From Candidatus Latescibacterota bacterium (GTDB taxonomy: Bacteria; Latescibacterota; UBA2968; UBA8231): DNA of 64,000 nucleotides. The stretch is from NCBI GenBank assembly GCA_965197905.1, contig CBDAOB010000005.1:1760001-1824000 (forward strand), written 5' to 3'. The stretch's first letter is position 1. Every line of letters begins with the position of its first letter. The position numbers were made by a program, and so were the translations under genes. The notes under the pieces are model-generated. The model was not told where the DNA came from, did no database searches, and saw nothing but the letters and a program-made list of their open reading frames with translations. This document shows, piece by piece, positions 59,836 to 64,000 of the stretch.

Positions 59836-60860
59836 GATGGTGCCTCAACGCGACTCGTTACGAGCATTTCGAATCGAGGACGAAAGTACTGTCGCCGATG
59901 AGACCATATGTTGTGCTTCACCAGCTCGCCGCCCCATTTGTGCTTGAATCGACGGATCCGCTCTTCCTTCGGGCTCTTCGGATCCAACGCAACGCCGCTC
60001 TGATCGTATCTAACTCCTTTTCGAGCGCATTCTCGTATTATCTCCCAGCGAATTAGATCATTGCCGCAAAGCGACTCGTTTATGTCGATATCGGTCTGTC
60101 CGGCCATGAATTCCGAGGCTACACGTCCGAATGTTATGCAACCCAAAACCGCAGTCGGTATGTTTTCACGATATGACATATAAAATGTCGCATCTTCGCC
60201 CTCGAATACGTCGTCGAAAATGTCCGCGTAGGAAAGATTCAGCAAAGACAACCCCAACCTCGCCCTGCATTGATTGTACAGCTCAACAACGGATCCTGTC
60301 ATTGAACCCGGCTCGACGGGTTTAACAACGACGCCATTTTTTCTGGCCTTGCGAACGGCTTTGCGGGCGCTACGCTCCAGTGCTGACCAGCACGCCTCTT
60401 CTCCATTGGATCCGTCGATTATCAACGTGGCTCCTTTGCACGACCTGAAACCGCGATCCGCCATCAAGTCTTCCACTTCGGTGCACAACTCGTGGTCGTG
60501 ATATGCAGGAGTGGTCGGACCTATCTTTCTGAATCCTCTTTGCTCAGCAAAACTGACCACTGCGTCCAGAATCTTTTGCGTAGCCTCGTCGGCCCCTTCG
60601 CGGGCCAATACCACAGGACCGCATTCCCAGCAGATCGTAGCGGTTTTCAGAAGATTCAGACCACGAGCGACGATCCGAGCAAGCAAAAGAGCGGCAACAT
60701 TTTCTCCCTCTCGCACGATCCAATAAAGTGGCGTACTGCCTTCGTAGCCCTGTAGGAACCTACCGTAAAGTGAGCTCTGAAAGTAACTTCCCCCAATCGC
60801 CGAACGCACCAGTTCGTCCCATCCCGCCGGCGCCTCGCTTTCGCGGAACTCGACCGACAT
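59832..60860 (-). CDS. FemAB/GNAT-like protein
   Basis: WDELV...YFQS, GPVV, RKAVRKARKNGV, FKHKWGG. Confidence 0.82.
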   Translation of the reverse strand: MSVEFRESEAPAGWDELVRSAIGGSYFQSSLYGRFLQGYEGSTPLYWIVREGENVAALLLARIVARGLNLLKTATICWECGPVVLAREGADEATQKILDAVVSFAEQRGFRKIGPTTPAYHDHELCTEVEDLMADRGFRSCKGATLIIDGSNGEEACWSALERSARKAVRKARKNGVVVKPVEPGSMTGSVVELYNQCRARLGLSLLNLSYADIFDDVFEGEDATFYMSYRENIPTAVLGCITFGRVASEFMAGQTDIDINESLCGNDLIRWEIIRECARKGVRYDQSGVALDPKSPKEERIRRFKHKWGGELVKHNIWSHRRQYFRPRFEMLVTSRVEAPS

Positions 60861-60883
60861 TTCCCCTTTCCTAGTAAAACATG

Positions 60884-61531
60884 TCATATGTGCCTGACAA
60901 TGACAGCGGGATTGCCAGCAACAAGGACGTTGCTCGGCACATCTGTGCGAACTACGGCTCCTGCACCTATCACCGAATTCTCTCCAACTTCGACCCCTTT
61001 CAATATCGTTGCTCCTAATCCGATCCAGACATTGTTCCCTATCCTGATACTCCTCATCGGTGATTCCGCATCGTAAAATCCCGTCCGCCAAATTTCCTTG
61101 TCGTGATACATTCTCTTCCTAGGATCTACGCTGTGACCATCGTAATCGATGATGACGACGTTAGGCGCTACGATGACCCCATCCCCAATATGGATACCAC
61201 TTTTCGAAACCAAAGATGTCCCCCGATTGATGGCGCAGTGCCGACCAATTGCAATCCCTTGCCCGCCGTCGGCGACGATGGCGATATTTCCCTTGGATAT
61301 CTGAGGCGCTTCAGAGACATGAGATCGAAGATGCGTATTTTCGCCTATTTCGATCGTGGAATTCGAACGTCGTACTAGGGGAAAGCCGGTCACAACAACT
61401 CCGGGTGCCATACTTACACCCCTCAGCCTCACAACCTCCTTGGACAATATGGATCCCAGCCTTCGTAGGCAGCGGCCGATGATTCTCGACTGGAACCATG
61501 AAGCGTCATCTGACGATCGATGCAGCCACAT
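60884..61531 (-). CDS. Hexapeptide-repeat (LbH) acyltransferase
   Basis: IRIGNNVWIGLGATILKGVEVGENSVIGAGAVV...AGNPA; start uncertain (61411-61531). Confidence 0.9.
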   Translation of the reverse strand: MWLHRSSDDASWFQSRIIGRCLRRLGSILSKEVVRLRGVSMAPGVVVTGFPLVRRSNSTIEIGENTHLRSHVSEAPQISKGNIAIVADGGQGIAIGRHCAINRGTSLVSKSGIHIGDGVIVAPNVVIIDYDGHSVDPRKRMYHDKEIWRTGFYDAESPMRSIRIGNNVWIGLGATILKGVEVGENSVIGAGAVVRTDVPSNVLVAGNPAVIVRHI

Positions 61532-62510
61532 GGCACTCAACGTCGATACACTCGCACGGAACTTTTCCAGGCCCGAATTTGCTGCGAAACTCCCGGTAAC
61601 CGCTTCCGTTCCAAATTTCGGAGAATGGTTCCGCAAAAATGTTGCCGAAATGTATCTCGTCGCTGTCGTTGAGCATGCAACAGGGACAAACGTATCCATC
61701 GAACGTAATTGCAATCGAAGTCCATGGGGCAGAACAACCCTTGAAACGGACGTACCTCGAAGGATCCGGACCATCAAACGAGACGGCGACTCCCAGCTTC
61801 ACTCCAGCTTCCGACGCACTCGCTTTTTCTTCGACGAATTTTAGACCTGCTTTGACGTGTTGATCCCGCCAAAGATCAACGTCAGGCCGGTATTCCATTA
61901 TTGGTGTGAAGGTCACGATATCAACCTCCAGGTCAGCGCACAATTCGACCATCTCGGTCATCCTTCCAATGGTTGAATCCATAACAACCATGTTGACGCG
62001 AATCGGAGCGAGCCCGGATCCACCGTTCTCAGCACCCGTCAATGAACGGATTCCGTTTATGACCTGGCCATAATTCGCACGAACTCGAATTTTTTCGAAT
62101 TCCTCGGCGTTGGGAGAATCAAGCGAGACAATGATTTGTGACGCCAACTCCCTCATCTCTAACAATACATTAGATCCTTGCCTGTCCAAAAGCGTTCCGT
62201 TGGTGACGAATGTCACGTCCACGCCTCGCTCTTTCGAAGCGCGAAGCATGGGCAGCAAGTCTTTGTTGATCAAGGGCTCTCCGATACCAGTCAGAGTACC
62301 GCTCCGCAGAGTGGGAATCTCTTCCAGTACATGTGCAAACTGTTGCAGCTTCATATTGCCAACATCACGGCCCTTTCCCCAGCCGGTTCTTCGGCACATT
62401 ATGCAATCGATATTGCACAGGTTCGTAACCTCTATATTGGCACTAGTCGGTCCCTGCCACGCCCTCTGAAAACCAGCTAGCTGGCTCGTGAGGTTGGCAA
62501 TCTTTCTCAT
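61506..62510 (-). CDS. Radical SAM/SPASM domain protein
   Basis: CNIDCIMC, GIGEPL, CSAPW...DGYVCPCC, FGNI...SEIWNG. Confidence 0.9.
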   Translation of the reverse strand: MRKIANLTSQLAGFQRAWQGPTSANIEVTNLCNIDCIMCRRTGWGKGRDVGNMKLQQFAHVLEEIPTLRSGTLTGIGEPLINKDLLPMLRASKERGVDVTFVTNGTLLDRQGSNVLLEMRELASQIIVSLDSPNAEEFEKIRVRANYGQVINGIRSLTGAENGGSGLAPIRVNMVVMDSTIGRMTEMVELCADLEVDIVTFTPIMEYRPDVDLWRDQHVKAGLKFVEEKASASEAGVKLGVAVSFDGPDPSRYVRFKGCSAPWTSIAITFDGYVCPCCMLNDSDEIHFGNIFAEPFSEIWNGSGYREFRSKFGPGKVPCECIDVECHVAASIVR

Positions 62511-63226
62511 ACCAATTGCTCCTTGCCTGTATTGGCCGATTCAACTTTACCCGCAACTCGAAAACATACGTCGTCGCCGAACATGTTTATCCATATCTCC
62601 TTCAGCAATGGGATACCGTCATCGGCGCAGTACTCCATGATTTCGACATTCATCTGAGCCAATTGTCCCCTAAAATCTTTGACAGACCAGAATCTCACAT
62701 GTTCAGAAGGATGAAACGCCCATTGACATGGAAACCTACCAAACAAAAGCCTCAAACGATGTTCAATGAACGCGATATTGGGTATCGAAACCAGGACCTC
62801 GTTCGCGATCCGAAGATATTTGTTGAACACATCCTCCGACTCGACAACATGCTCGATAAATGCGGACAACACGACGACATCAAAATGTTTATCGGGCATC
62901 TCTTTCGTGACATCCATTACATGGGCTTCGATGCCGCGTTCCCGAGCCTTCTTGACGGCTACGTCCGATCGATCAACGCCCACAACGCTACACTGTTTTT
63001 CCTGATGGAGATAACTGGCGAAGGCACCATCACCGCATGCGACATCCAAAACAGCGCTGCCATCCGCTATCCAGGATGCGAACACTTTGTGCCGTGATGC
63101 CAGGTGTGTCGGCGTACGCCATTCCCAATAGTCCTCATAGGAAAGAGTTTCACCTTTGAACGGAATGTAGCAAAACAACCGTTGAACTCTGTCTGGAAGA
63201 TTCCTAATTCTTCTCCGAAACGTCAC
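62507..63226 (-). CDS. Class I SAM methyltransferase (MetW-like)
   Basis: VLDVACGDG, FDVVVL..FIEH, VSIPN; start uncertain. Confidence 0.85.
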   Translation of the reverse strand: MTFRRRIRNLPDRVQRLFCYIPFKGETLSYEDYWEWRTPTHLASRHKVFASWIADGSAVLDVACGDGAFASYLHQEKQCSVVGVDRSDVAVKKARERGIEAHVMDVTKEMPDKHFDVVVLSAFIEHVVESEDVFNKYLRIANEVLVSIPNIAFIEHRLRLLFGRFPCQWAFHPSEHVRFWSVKDFRGQLAQMNVEIMEYCADDGIPLLKEIWINMFGDDVCFRVAGKVESANTGKEQLV

Positions 63227-63995
63227 TTTTATGTGTCCCCGTGTCGCTGGTTTTTGTTGCAACGAATCTGTACTGAAAGGCAAACAGATGTTTGAGCACT
63301 CCTAAAGCAAGTACCCTGCAGACCACACCCAGACGCAAAGGGAATCCCAGCACCGACACATCCAACAGCCGGTAATTCGGGTGAACTTCACGCACGGTCA
63401 ATCCAGCCGAACCCAGCAGTTCCGTGGCGCTACGACGCGTAAAAAATCTGAGATGGGAATGGCACAGAATTCCACGTTCGGAGTACCGAAAACGATTGCA
63501 TACCAGGCTCCAGATCACTGACCAGTGCGCAACATTTGGGAGACTTGCGACGAGAGTGCCGCCTCCCTGGAGCAGTTTCACGTATCGAGCCAACTCAAAC
63601 GTCGGCATCGACATGTGTTCGAGAACATCTCCGAAAATCATGCAGTCGAAATGGCGTTTGCCGCAATGCGCAGTCAACTGATCATAGTTGGAGTAAACCG
63701 CATCGAGATACTTTCTTGCCTCAATGGCCGCACCCGTGCAGGTCTCCACTCCAACCACAACCACGTTACCCCGAGCTTTGAGAAGACGACCGAGATATCC
63801 CATGCCACACCCTACATCGAGAATCATCCGCGCATTCGCCGGCACGTGCGCTTCCAAGTCTGGCCGGTGATCGCACATCATAGCCGGATCGATTTCAGCC
63901 TTCTCCCCAATCCAGAACGCCTTCTGGGGAGGCGGAGTCTGTACTCTCCGAGCATTTAGCATGTTGCTAGCCGCCTCGATTGCCGTCGCCCCCAC
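63204..63995 (-). CDS. Class I SAM methyltransferase (glycan-locus type); start uncertain and may lie outside the window
   Basis: ILDVGCGMG, FDCMIFGDVLEH, SLPNVAH, HLRFFT. Confidence 0.88.
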   Translation of the reverse strand: MGATAIEAASNMLNARRVQTPPPQKAFWIGEKAEIDPAMMCDHRPDLEAHVPANARMILDVGCGMGYLGRLLKARGNVVVVGVETCTGAAIEARKYLDAVYSNYDQLTAHCGKRHFDCMIFGDVLEHMSMPTFELARYVKLLQGGGTLVASLPNVAHWSVIWSLVCNRFRYSERGILCHSHLRFFTRRSATELLGSAGLTVREVHPNYRLLDVSVLGFPLRLGVVCRVLALGVLKHLFAFQYRFVATKTSDTGTHKSDVSEKN

Positions 63996-64000
63996 TCTAG

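Noticed and set aside
53350..62510. Lasso peptide/RiPP cluster (Cys-less Asn synthetase + radical SAM/SPASM + peptidase)
   Set aside because: No precursor peptide, RRE/PqqD domain or transglutaminase-like B protein seen; the context is glycan biosynthesis

Overview
A GC-rich bacterial window, diderm judging by the TonB-dependent receptor and Wza/Wzz-type export genes. The gene content is reminiscent of Latescibacterota/Poribacteria-like lineages, which is inference only. It has four parts. (1) 1-16.3 kb: transport and metabolic genes, namely a TonB-dependent receptor, a DUF6785-like membrane protein, SDRs, an unusual ExbB/ExbD-like + TPR module facing two coiled-coil proteins, a Ca/Na antiporter, argG, a DapA-like aldolase and mdh. 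(2) tRNA-Tyr(GTA), followed by a ~7 kb integrase-less catabolic island closed by a degenerate copy of the tRNA 3' end. (3) A minus-strand core block lepA-lepB-hemW-thrB with SLBB/Wza-like, Wzz-like and FlgM-like genes. (4) The main finding: a tandem, translationally coupled array of nine TMTC-like GT-C glycosyltransferase-TPR paralogs (31.5-50.1 kb) at the 3' end of a surface-glycan tailoring cluster. That cluster has GT4s, methyltransferases, a CapA-like protein, two asparagine synthetase homologs, an M55 peptidase, a deacetylase, a FemAB-like protein, an acyltransferase, a radical SAM/SPASM enzyme and a decayed flippase. Several genes carry frameshifts or in-frame TAG codons; some could be assembly errors and some look like real lesions. 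All assignments come from motif recognition by eye, and no searches were run.
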